Shown here: one piece after another, positions 13,803 through 34,461 of the stretch
Numbering within the stretch: the stretch's first letter is position 1
How the letters are laid out: each line of letters opens with the position of its first letter
DNA from: Spirogloea muscicola
Taxonomy: Eukaryota
Direction: 5' to 3'
Assembly: GCA_009602725.1 (NCBI GenBank)
Contig: WELB01000005.1
Span: forward strand, 333,033-397,032
Length of the DNA stretch: 64,000 bases
Translations under genes and position numbers: made by a program
The notes under the pieces: generated by a model
Database searches by the model: none
Seen by the model: the letters and a program-made list of their open reading frames with translations, nothing else
What the model was told of the DNA's origin: nothing

Positions 13803-16800
13803 GGCGGCGGCAGCGGCGACGAGCGACCGCCGCGGGGCCCCGAGGCCGAAGCAGAGGCAGGTGCGGCGCCGCCGCCGCAGCCGCCGCCGCTGGCCATTGG
13901 AGCTCCCCATAGCCTAACCCTAAACTCAAAACCATAAACCCTAATCCTAAACTTCCAGACCCCAAAACCCTAACGCCGCAACCCTGACCCCTGACGAACC
14001 TGACCGGACAACTGCTCTCTGTGGCGGCGCCGTGCAGCCATCGCCGCGGCAGTGCGACGGCGGGACGCGAAGCTGCTCGCAGGGCCCCAGGCATGCAACG
14101 CCCACTACTCGCTGCGCCGCCATATTAGCTTGTTGTGGACGACCATTATTGCCGTCACTTTCATAGCCGCCTCCTGCAATTGCGCCTCGTCCCAGAAACC
14201 CAACTGCATTGAGGTTTATTGACTAAAAACGTCCATCATTGCTGTCACTTTCATTGCCGCATCCTGCAATGTGCGCCTCATCCCAGAAACCCAAGTGCAT
14301 TGACTCTTAAAAGACTTCTTAATGACTGGAAATGGGCATTCACTTCATGGCAGCAGGAGCAGCCAGAGGAGATCTTCCGGGCGCTGCAGCGGTCGCAGGC
14401 GCAGCAGCAGCAGGGCCGCCGCTTCGCACTGTCGCACGCCGAAAAGGCCCTCGTGCTGCCCACGCTGCGCCGCTTCGCCGCCCGCGGCTGGGCGGCCGAC
14501 CAGGCGCTGGCCATCTACATCAACTCCAAGGTGTTCCCGACGGCCGCCGCGTCCTTCCGCAAGTTCCTCATGCAGGCGATCACGCCGGAGGTGCGTGACG
14601 ACCTCCTGGCGCTGGGGCCCGGCGACGCCGCTGAGGACTACCTCTTCCCGCTCTTTGCCGAGCACTGCCTCGAGCGCTACGCTGCTGAGATTGGTGACTA
14701 CCGCCAGCTCGTGTCCTCCGCCGACCTCCGCACTCCACACACCTGGTGGGCGCAAGCTCCACTAGGCGGACACCATTTCAGCAGATTTTACTCACGCATC
14801 CAATTCTGCTATTTGATGCTCCTCTGTTTACCATAGCTCGTCTCGGTCACCTGTTGTTGACTTACTTTCTGTTGCTCTCAGCTTCGCAATACGAGGCTTA
14901 AGAAGATGCAAGCCAGGGTTTGGCTGCTGAGCCACTGCCCTGACTGACCGAGACTGTCAAGCCCTTGGTAGTGCCTTGGTAGTAACCCGTCGGATTGGTG
15001 CTTGAAATCACAATCAATTACATAGACTACAGGGTGTAGGGTTCGGAGGATGCAGGATCAGGGACTGGCATTGTGCAACATCACGTATCCAGCTCTGGCT
15101 TTGTCAGTGCGGACCCCATCTCCCACTTTGCCCTCACTGCACGGCCACGTTGCCAGGTTCCCGCTTGCGCGGGCAATGAAGCGGCGCATCGTGTACCATC
15201 ACGGGCCAACCAACAGCGGGAAGACGCACACGGCGCTGCAGCGGCTCATGCAGGGCGCTAGCGGTGTATACTGCGGGCCCCTGCGGCTGCTTGCCATGGA
15301 GGTGCAGCAGCTGGTCCTGCTCCCACCACTTGCAGCTGCAATTAGAGATGTTTTCTTATGCTTCAGTGGGACTTAGGCTCAAAGGATCGAGCCACAGGGC
15401 ATCTACATAAGCCGGAGGCGCAGCTTCAGTCATTCCAGTTGGATGTCAACTTCTGAAACCCTTGAATGCTTAATCAGCGGCCTCAAGACTTAGATACAGA
15501 ATCATTCAAGCCCAAGTTAGAAGTCAAATCTGGACCTGAACAAGTGTGATGACATGCTCTGCCTCATCAGGTGTTCAATCGCATCAACCAGGAGGGTGTG
15601 TTCTGCAACCTGCACACAGGGCAGGAGCTGCGGATCGTGCCGTTTGCAAAGCACACGGCGTGCACCGTCGAGATGGCTTTGCTCGCCTTGCCCTGCGAGG
15701 TTGCCGTCATTGACGAGATCCAGGTCTTATATTATGCCCCACACCATGGATTGAGAGGCCTGCTCCTAGGTCCTGTTAGCCAGTATCACGACAACTGTGC
15801 CCCCACATTAGTCAAACCCAAACATGCAGTGGCTCTATTGTAATTGCTTTCACTTTACTGCATCTCATCACAAGGTAAAGCAAGCTTGGGGTTGTGATCA
15901 GAACCTGGGTATCAAGTGCTAACTTAATTGCTGGCGTTGCTCGCCTGCAACACGCTGCGCCCTCCTTGGATGCCGGTGCAGATGCTTACGGACGAGTTCC
16001 GCGGGTGGGCCTGGACAAAGGCGCTCCTTGGCCTGCAGGCCTCCGAGGTGCACATCTGTGGCGACCCTTCGGCGCTGCCGCTCGTGCGCCACATCTGCAG
16101 CTTGACGGGAGACGACTTTGAGGTGCACCAGTATGAGCGCTTCAAGCCGCTCCGAGTCTGCCAGGTGCGCTGCTCTCGCTGGCGCTCCTGCAGGAGCAAA
16201 GATTGGGTCCTTAAGCAGCATCCAACACGTTTCTGGATACCACTTGGCAAAAGTACTTGCATCAGCAAGGTTGATTAATGATGACGTCAACTTCAGCTGA
16301 ATTGAGCTTGGCCAACATCTGCACAACCTGGTTCCAAGAAGATTGTATTCTGCATTGACTGAAATGCCTGTGCCGTATACATGGCATATTGTGCAGCCGC
16401 TGAACGGGGACTTTTCGCGGGTCGAAAAGGGCGACTGCATTGTTGCATTCTCCCGCCAGGAGATATTTGACGTAAAAGTGAGGCCCTATTGGTGTGCTAC
16501 TTCGTCCTCCCAATTGTTGCATACCGTGTTCAGGATGTCCATGATGTCATGCCCAAGCCAGTCTCGCTTATGCACTAGTTGCCTCTGCCACGGTGCATGC
16601 TGACCTGCAGTAGTCATGGAAATTACCAATCACATGGTGGCTTATATAAACAGCTGCCACGAGATAGAACGCAGTGAAATTCTCAATAGTCCAGGTCCAC
16701 ATCTTCGGTTCTTCAAAGGAAAAACTCATGACTCGGGAGTAAAGCTGAGTGCACGCCGTCTCACTCACTAATGGCTACCTTGCCTCGTGCCTACCTGCAA

Positions 16801-19130
16801 CTGATTCCCACAGCTTGCCATGCACGCAGCGAGCTGTGGAGGTCGCGACGAACCACAGGTGCTGCGTGGTGTACGGCGGGCTGCCGCCCGAAACCCGCAA
16901 GCAGCAGGCAGGCCTCTTCAACGAGCCGGACAACGGGTACAACGTGCTCGTGGCATCGGACGCCGTCGGCATGGGCCTCAACCTCAACATCCGGCGCGTC
17001 ATCTTCTGGTCTCTGCACAAATTCGACGGCCTGTCCACGAACCCAATTCCTCCTTCGCAGGCGAGGGAGCCTCCACCTCTGCACTGACAGCCCTGCCGCC
17101 GGTGTTGCATTGTGAAGCATATGCTCCTCACTTGCCACTGAAACATCTGTGCTTGGCGCGCACTTGGCCCTCAATCAGGTCTGAGGTTGCAGTGCACCTC
17201 AGGGCTTGCTGCCATTGCACATGCCGTTGCACATGCTAGGCCTGCATCAGATTCTCGCAGACTCCTGGCAGGGGAAGGTCTTTGACCTTCACGTCGTTGA
17301 AAGTAAGGACTTCACTGGGAAGGCCTGGTTTCTCGGCTGGTCGCTAGAGGCATACTTCAAGTGGCGCATTGATAGGTGGCCTTGCGCATCTTCATGCTGA
17401 AGCTGCAGGCTTCATTATGCAGGTCAAGCAAATTGGGGGCCGAGCAGGGCGGCGTGGCAGCCTGTGGCCGGAGGGCATGACCACAACGTTCTTCGGACAC
17501 GACCTGCCCTACCTGATGAGCTGCCTGTCAAGCAAAGTCGAGGAGGCCTCCACGGCAGGCCTTTGCCCTGTTTTCGAGCAGGTCCGCATGATCTTATGTG
17601 AAAGTTGATTGGAGTCAGTTGGATTGGATTCAGTTGGATTGGAGTTGGATTGGAGTCAGTAAGCATGACTTCTATCATAGGGTTCCTCACAGATCATGCA
17701 GCAGATGCCATATCGCAAACTCACAGATGCCAATCCACGCTGCCTGCTCTTGCTCTCTTGCTGATGCTGGAGTTGTGAAGCACAATACCATCTGGCATGT
17801 AGTGTGTGGTAGCTGTTGTCGGGCTTGCCTGAATGGCAGCTTGCCATGCAGGTGGAAATGTTTGCAAGCAAGCTGCCCAACATCTCCTTTGCGCAGCTCC
17901 TGGACAGGTGAGGGCCTCGTGGATCACTGCCCCGATACAGCGAGCAATCTCAGCAGATGACAATAGTAGATGTCAAAGTTAGATCAAAGTGAGATTTGTG
18001 CAATTGCTTAATATGTGTAGCCGTACTTGTGCCTCTAGGTTTGAGGAGATTGCGAAGGTGGACGATTGCTACTTCCTGGTCAAGCTAAATCATGTGAAGG
18101 TGACAATCTGATCTCATCCTGAACGACTGTTGGGGAGATGCCACCTCATTCTGATCTACAATGTAGCTTTGTGAAAACATCACAAGAGTCTGGTCCTGGC
18201 AAAGACTACATCTATAGGGTGGTGGAGGACTCATTGACTTCGCCTTCGCCTTCGCCTGTGAGCCACGCGTTTTCAGCAGCCGATGGTCATGGTTCTTAAC
18301 AAGCTCAGCTCTCATCCCCCTTCCGTGCTGCAAATGCTCTGCTGACGCCAGCAGCCTCGTGTTCCACACACGTGCAGAGGTTGGCCATGCACCTGGACAA
18401 GGTGGAGGGGTTGTCCCTGCAGGACCGGTACACCCTGTGCTTCTCGCCGGTCAATGTTCGTGATGGCATGTGCATGCACGCGCTCGTGGTGTACGCCGAG
18501 GCTCTTGGGCACGGCCAGCCCGTCCGCCTCGCAGTGCATGACCCCTCCCTGGCAGTCCACGAGGACTGGGAGCTCATGGACCTTGAGATGCGGCACCAGG
18601 TGACCGGCTTCACTCACTCACTTGGCCTCCAATGTTTCTCTCAGATAACTGCCATTGGTCATGTCTGTGAAGCTTGTGAGGCAGAAATGTGCTCCTGTCT
18701 TACTTGCTCGTCTGCTGAGTACGTTCTTTCGAGCTTTCCTGTGTGAATGCGAGCACTTTCGGTGCCGGGCTTGCAACTTTCATTTACCTCCCTAAAAACG
18801 ATATGGCAGCAGTTAACCTCTTACTCATGCCTCAGCATGTGCCCTTCTGGATAGCAGGTTGTGTCGCTCTACTCCTGGTTGAGCCAGCAGTTCCCGGACA
18901 AGGACTTCCCCGATGCAGAGCGCGCAGAGGCGCTGGGTGCCGAGATCGCTGGCCGCATGGGCACGCGGCTCGCGCAGCGTGCGGCGCCGGCGCCGCGGGC
19001 GGGCCTGCGGCAGCAGGGCGAGGTCATGATGCGCATTGGCAAGGTCCTCTACCCGGTCATAGTCAAAGGCGCGCTGATGGGTGGCGGCTCTGCCACCAGG
19101 ACAAGTGACCAACTGCTTCTGGCTACATGA
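13803..19130 (+). CDS. SUV3: SUV3 DExH-box mitochondrial RNA helicase (start probably in gap 13322-13802)
   Basis: Walker [95 protein letters not shown] and C-terminal [10 protein letters not shown]. Confidence 0.93.
13911..13995 (+). repeat. Degenerate telomere-like array in first visible SUV3 intron
   Basis: cctaaccctaaactcaaaaccataaaccctaatcctaaa...aaaaccctaa...accctgacccctga. Confidence 0.75.
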
Positions 19131-19364
19131 AACCTTGATCCTAAAGATCATGTTTGAGCGTTGTAGTGCACGTTCCTTCAAGCGTTGGCTACACGGCCAT
19201 GGCTGATACCTGCCGTGCCAGCAAAGCCGTGCCAGCAAAGCGGTCATGTTGTCATGCTCAGAGGGTTTGTCCATGGCAGTCGCTCTTAGTCTCTTCCCCA
19301 ACTTATCTGCAATGGTTTTGAGCGGGGCAACGGGCTGACATGCTAATGCCTTGTGGCTGCAAGA

Positions 19365-20225
19365 ACTTAACGAGAGGAAGACTCTTCCAGTAGAGGGCGA
19401 TGGCAATGATCGGCCAGCCCAGAAAAAGAAAGGGGCTTTTCAGCCAAGCTGGCGCAGAAGTGCACTCAGTCCAGAGTATATGCAGGTCCTGCAGAGTTGG
19501 GATGTCTCATTGTCCATGTACATACCTCTGGACTGGCCTATCGAAAGGAAGCAGCTCTACCAAATTGACAGCAATTGGATGTGAGAGGCCAGCCCAAAGC
19601 AATGGAAAAGGTCAGAAAGGGCCGGATGGCGCAAAGAACAGTATACTAGTCGCCTATCACAGCCAATGCCCAACACTGGAAGATCTGTTTTCAGTAGAGG
19701 GCGATTGCTGTCATTGGCCAGCCCAGAGAAAGATAATCAGAGATCGAAGGGGCCAGAAAAGCGCTAAGGCACCTGGCTTTCATCTTTCTTTCATTTTGAT
19801 TTCGTCAAGAAGAAGTGGCACTCCCAATGGGGGCAAGGGTTGTGAAAAGAAAGTGCACGCCCATAGAGAAGAGGAGCTGGCAAAGCCAGCCCAAAAGGAG
19901 AATGGACAATGTCCAAAGCCAAAAGGTAAAAGGTGTGGAAAGCCAGCCCGCAAAGAATGGAGAAAGGTTCCTAGCGGCCAAAATAGCAAGCGCGGCCAGA
20001 TTAACTGGTGGCTGGGAGAGGCCAGCCCAAAGGAATGGACAAGGTCTGAAGGAGCAGGAGTGCTAAGGGACTGAGACAGCAGCAGCAAGCGCGGCCAGAT
20101 TGACTGGTGGCTGGGAGAGGCCAGCCCAAAGGAATGGACAAGATCTGAAGGAGCCGGAGTGCCAAGGACTGAGACAGCAGCAAGCGGACTCTCAGGAACC
20201 TCTGGTCAGTAGATGCAAGGAAGAA
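19365..20225 (-). mobile_element. Cluster of non-LTR retrotransposon 3'-end fragments with about 80-bp tandem units
   Basis: 20010-20220 is the reverse complement of the element end seen at 49085-49175 (ttgcatctactgac.agaggtt..gagagtccgcttgctgctgtctcagtcctt). Several copies of ggccagcccaaa(g)gaatggacaa. Confidence 0.85.
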
Positions 20226-20580
20226 AAGAAAAATGACGGAAAGCGCTGAAGCACACGTTGCTCTGCAAACGTGAAACTTCGGCTTGGGAGCTTTCGGGGG
20301 CTCCCGGAGCTCGGTGTTGTAGGTCCTAGGCGTTGACTGAGCCGTCAACGGCAGTCACCACTGACCAGCGACGACCGGCGGGACGTGGCGCAGGGCTGGA
20401 CGCGCTGTTGACGCGCGCGTCCCCGTTCCCGGAGACGGCGTCGTGTGTAACGCCGTTAAGGCCGGGCCATCATCGAAGGCTCTCGTGCAGTTACTGCAAC
20501 TCGCGTCAGCCCGCCTCCCGGGGCCCGCGCCGCGGATCGCGGCGCAGATCGCGGCGTAGATTGCGGCTGCGGCGGCAGCN

Positions 20581-29094
<8,514 letters not shown>

Positions 29095-29580
29095 GGGCTG
29101 CCGCCGCATCCGCCACACCTCTGGGACGCAGCGCTCTGGCTAACTGGGCGCCCGTGTCGACTTTAGCTAGGAGTCAAAAATTGGAAGATTAAGGACAATG
29201 GAGCACTGATCCCAATGTTTCCGAGCTGCGCTAGTGCAGCAAGCTGGCACCATTGCTAGTATTGGCAGATTGTCTGAGGCACCGCAGTGCTTAAGTAGTA
29301 AGGTGTGGGGGGAAGGAGGTGAACAATGTGGAGAGAGGAAGGTGTGGGATTATGGAGTGCAGGTTGCCAGTAAGCTCCGCGGCGCTCCAGACCGCCGCTG
29401 CTGCAACACGGAGTCGCTGTCGGCATACAGTGCCAAGGCTCGACCAGCCGGGCGCATCGAAGCTGCTGCCGTTGCCAGCCGGCCATGCGGCAAACTCCGC
29501 AGCACAGCAGCGATGCGGTAGCCTGCTGCTGTAAAGCAGAGCCGGCGCCCAGCCGTTAGCCGTTGTGGCCGCGGAACACA

Positions 29581-32500
29581 ATGACTTCGTCCGCCCAGCC
29601 AAGGTCGTCGAGCTCGCCCCCCGTGCCGGCACCTCCAACTGCCGGCAGCCCCGTCAGCGCCGCCGCCGCCTTCTCCGCAGCGACCCCGCCGCCGCCGCCG
29701 CCGCCCGGCCGCCGACCTCTCTCCCCCGCCCTGCAGCGCGAGTACTTCAAGCAGGGCCGCATGGACGCCTTCCTGGAGTTCCTCTCCGAGGGCTCCTCCG
29801 CAGGTGCGCGCGCTCAGCATGCCGAGCCGAATGCTTGCGAAGGTGGCCATCGCGGGCCAGCACTGGCAGCACTCCAGGGAGCACCATGCGACGACTGCCG
29901 GGCTGATGGGGGACTGACTGGCCCTGGCCTCGAGCAGAGGTTGACGACTTCTACAGCCACGTCAAGTACGAGCGCATCGCCATCCTGTACGCCCTGGGCG
30001 CGCACCTCACGCACCTGGCCAAGATGGAGCCCAAGCACGCGGACCGCGACCGCCGCTTCATCGACGCCGTGGCGCAGTACACCAAGGCCAGCAGGATCGA
30101 CCACCTCGACCCTACGCCGTGGACGGGCAGAGGTCAGGCGGTCGCACAGTAGCCCTGCCCCATGGCCTCTCAATTCACATGCCGGTGGCCCTTTACTCAG
30201 GTCTCGGACGCTTGCCGAGCTGTCAGAGTGCAGAAACTCAAGAAGAAGAACAAGCCATGCGAAGCCAGCACCTGTGTCTGCCGTCTTCGAGGCCATCACC
30301 GGCTGGCTAGCAGACAATCCTCGTAGTATATGATCACAACCGTTCAGATTAGATATAGGGTGAAGGGGACCCAGAGGCTAATTCAGATTCAGGGTTTGGA
30401 GCTGGGGGCCTAGGGGTTTGGATAGAGCCCAGGGTTCATTCAGGGTTTTGGTGCACGCTTGAGTGAGTCGAGCTGGAGCCCAATCAACTTGTCTTGACTG
30501 AGTGCTCAGGCTCAGCGCTGCTTGCCAAGTGGACGCTGGAGAAGCAGTCACGCCTCCCCAAGTCTGAGGAGCAGTCCAAGCTGGAGCTGAAGCACGCCCA
30601 CGACGCCTTTGGCTTTGGCATGGACGAGGAGCATGACTACGTGCCTGGCCTCCTGGGGCAGGTCTCTCACCATAGCCTCACCAAGTGGCGTGGCTGAAAG
30701 AATAGGACCTGGCGTAGCTAGTAACCAGAGCATGATGCGTCCTTGCGCTGGTGAGATACCGCGTCATGACAGGCTGGCGACTAAGCGAGGCGTAGCACCA
30801 TGTAGCAGCGTCTGCTCGCTGAGAGGGTCTCGTCATGGCGATTTGCGGGGGGTCCTTGGGCCAGGCAAGTGTGCATTTCCACAGTGGACGCTACCAGGAA
30901 GCTTTGAAGCTCTACAAGGTGCAGTTACAGCGATGCCTAGCAGAGTAACCTGCTAGGGTAGCAAGCACACGCAAACCCAAACTCATCGTGTTGGACTGAG
31001 CAATGAGGTGGTGGACGTCCTGCCAAATTGAAGAGTACAGGGCCACGCACGGAGAGATGCAGAGCGGCTGATCAATAATGAATGTGGGGCTTCTCTGGCA
31101 GAGAGCTCTGAGGCTGAATCCTGGTGGACCTGCAGTCATGCGACTGGGCATTGGCTACTGCCACTGGAGACTGCAATCAGTCAATGCTTCTCGCCACGCA
31201 GTACATGCACTGAAGGCCCGTCAGGCATTTGAGCGGGTGTTGCAGGTGCTCTCTTACCCTCTTCTGCATGTGGAGGCATTCTGAATCCTGATGTAATTCC
31301 AACTCGTCCACTGTGTAACACTGGTCTAATAGTACTTTCTGTCCTAGATATCCAGCTGGAGTCTGATAACGCGGAGGCTCTTGTTGCGCTTGGCATGCTG
31401 GACTTGCAATCGGAGGCTGGTGAGGTATCATCCTTCATTGTGTCCAAATTGCAGGAGGTTCTAAACATCTGAGAGACCACGACTTGGAGTGTTGCGGAAT
31501 TTGTTGAGAGTGCGAAAGCTGCATTGATGACTGCTGCTAGTGGTTGGAAATGACTCAGGCGACGACCGGAAAAGGGGTTTGCAGCGGATGCAGGCTGCGT
31601 TCCAGGCGTACCCGTACTGCGTGCAGGCTCTGAATCAGTTGGCAAGCCACTACTTCTTCACGGGTCAGCATGCCATGGTGGAGCAACTCATGGAAGCCGC
31701 TCTTGCTGCTTCCGACAACTCAGCAACAAAGGCTGAGAGCTACTATCACCTCGCCCGCTCTCTGCACAAGAAGGTGTAGGCAGTAAGCCCACCAATGCCC
31801 CTGAAGGGCGAGGACACTGCATGTTACCAAGAATCTGGCATATGTACAAGAACCTCTATTGTTGTACGCCTGTGTGAGTTAGGTGAACGGAGCTGTGCTG
31901 ACGCCTTCACCTGCCAAATTGTAAATCCCAGGGGGACTATGAGAAGGCTTTTGCATATTATCGAGCGGCAACCCAGGAGGTGAAAGATCCGAAAGATTTC
32001 ATTCTTCCCTTTTACGGTGAGCACTTGTAAAGAGGGATTTGGCTGAGCTCTACCACCTGCTTAGTGAGGTTCTCCTGGATCACTCAAAAGGTCCTTCTTT
32101 GCTGCCTTGATGATCTGGAGCTGACGTCTTGGCAGGCTTGGGTCAAATGCACTTACGACGTGGTGTAAGCACAGCTGCTCTGGAGAGCTTTAACACAGTT
32201 CTTCAGTGCGAGCCAGATAATCTGGACGCTCTTAAGGTACAACAGCACTTTTGCACCTCAGATCTTGCGACCTGATGCGACAAGTCTTTTATAATGCATG
32301 CTGCTTGTGTGCTTGTGTGCCTTTATCACGCAGCAATTATGGGCCACTCACCAGTTGTGAGATAGTATCAGCACTTTTTCACTCCGTGACTTGCAGGTTG
32401 TTGGCTCCATATATGCACAGCAGGGTCTCGACGAGCAAGCCCTTGCCAAGTTCAAGCGCGTGATGGAGCTTGATCCCAAAGCCATTGATGTCAGCCTGCT

Positions 32501-34454
32501 GCCCTTTCGAACTTGAAACGCCCTGTGGATCTTCTACTTGTTTGAGGTCCTTCCAAGGCACAACCTCTTATCTGCTGCGGGTGAGGCGTATGGTGTGCAG
32601 GCCTGGCTGGAGACGGGAGAGTTGCTGGTGAAGTCAGACTTCGGCGCAGCCCTTAAGGCTTTCCAGCGGGTGACTTCCTGAACGCTGTTGTTGACCTGTT
32701 TATTCCATCTCTTGTCCGACGATTTTCGCCTTGCTTGGCTGTGCGAGCATGACAAATCCACTGGCAAGAGGTAACCCTCATTACTGACCAGTACGCCTAA
32801 ATTTTGTCGGCTTTGATACGAATAGATGATCAATCTGGTAGAGTCCTTCTCGTTGATGGCAGGCCAGGGAGCTCTTGCAGAGCAGGAATCGGCCAGTCCC
32901 GTCAGCCCTACTAAATAACATAGGAGTGCTCCTCTATGAGTATCACGAGTACCAGGTACATCTAAAGAAGCTGCTCATGAAATTGTGGCTAGTCTATCTG
33001 AGTATGACCTCTTGCAAAGAGTGCTATATTGATTTCTTCTTGATCTTTCTTAATTTATTTCTTACTTAATTTCCTCATAAGTTTCTGTCCTCAGCAAGCA
33101 AGAGATGCATTTTTGGAAGCACTGGGGCCAGGCCCGTGGACTGCTGCTACCACAGGGCAGACTTCAAGCGACAGGGCTGAGGAGAAGGAGGATGCTAGTC
33201 ATATTGAAGAAGTTCCTCTGGAGAAAGTGACGACCATTTTCAATCTGGCACGGCTTCATGAAAAGAGCCATGACTTGGAGCAGGCGCAGAGGCTATACAG
33301 GATGATTCTCAGCAAGGTTAGCTTGAAGATGCTGAAGAACACTAGTACAGCACATAACTGTTTTCTGTCTTGGCAATGGTGGCTTTGATTGGACTTATCA
33401 TCACTCTGCAATAATCTAATTTTTCTGCAGTACCCAAAGTATGTGGACTGCTACCTCCGACTGGGGGTCATAGCATTCGCAAGCAAGCGGATTGTGGAAT
33501 GCCTTCGCCTGGTAAGTCCCATTTAATACCTCTGGCCATTGATCTGTATCTACTTGTTAGAATCAAGGTCAGCATCACCTCATGCATAGCATGTGCTCGT
33601 GTTATGCATGGCAGATTGGTGACACTCTCAGGCTTGATGAAAACAACCTGAATGCATTATCTCTGAGAGCCATGGTTGAGATGGAGCGCGGAGAGTGGAT
33701 ACAATCCAAAGACACACTTAAGCATATCCTCAAGCTCACGAACAACGATGATGCTCATGCGACAGTGGCTTTGGTGAGGAGCCACTGTAGCCATGCTGGT
33801 AATGATTTAGGACTCTGTCCTACTCGCCAATGTAAGCTGAAGTCTACGATTCTTAGTACTCTGTCCCACTCGCCAATGTAAGCTGAAGTCTACGATTCAT
33901 ATACTTGGCGTTGAGGTGATGTTGCAGGGCAACTGGAATTATTACACAGCCCTTCGCGAAGGGAAGCATGGGCCAGACCACCTCCTTCTGCACCTGGGCA
34001 AGGCTCAAGAGTATTACCACAAGGTTTGCAAGACAGTAATTCCTTACTGAGGGCCATTATGTCCTTGCACAAGCATGTTTCAATAATCATGAGCAGTTTG
34101 TGGGGTCAGCACCAATGCCAAGACTCTCATACTCGGCTGTCCTTGCCAGGTGCTTGTGAGGAATCCTGGGAACATTTATGCAGCAAACGGATTGGCCTGC
34201 ATTTTTGCCGAGCGGGACCAGATTGACCTCGCGAAGGAACTGCTAACTCAGGTCCGCTTGTTGCTTGCCTGGTTGCTAAAATGTAGATGTGAGCACATGC
34301 TTGCAAGCAAAGTTCAATGACCAATTGCCGTCGGTTATGTGTGCAGGTCCAAGAGGCTGCTGCTGGCAGCAAGGCGCTTGAGATGCCAGAAGTGTGGGTG
34401 AATTTGGCCCACTGCCACCTTGCCAAGGGCGACCATACCTTGGCTATCAAGATG
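29581..34454 (+). CDS. CTR9: CTR9/VIP6 PAF1-complex TPR protein, partial (canonical first exon and C-terminal third not visible)
   Basis: REYFKQG..F.EFLSEGSS, VKYERIAIL..LGA, RLGIGYC, ARQAFERVLQLDP, ALNQLASHYFFTGQH, AESYYHLARS, LLNNIGVL, FNLARLHE, YPKYVDCYLRLG, GNWNY, NIYAANG, MPEVWVNLAH..AIKM. A splice donor and a single N (34461) follow. Confidence 0.9.
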
Positions 34455-34461
34455 GTGACTN

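Noticed and set aside
19985..20185. Regularly spaced repeats as a CRISPR array (also 49420-49700)
   Set aside because: Eukaryotic context, no unique spacers and no cas genes; the units are retroelement 3' tandem repeats.
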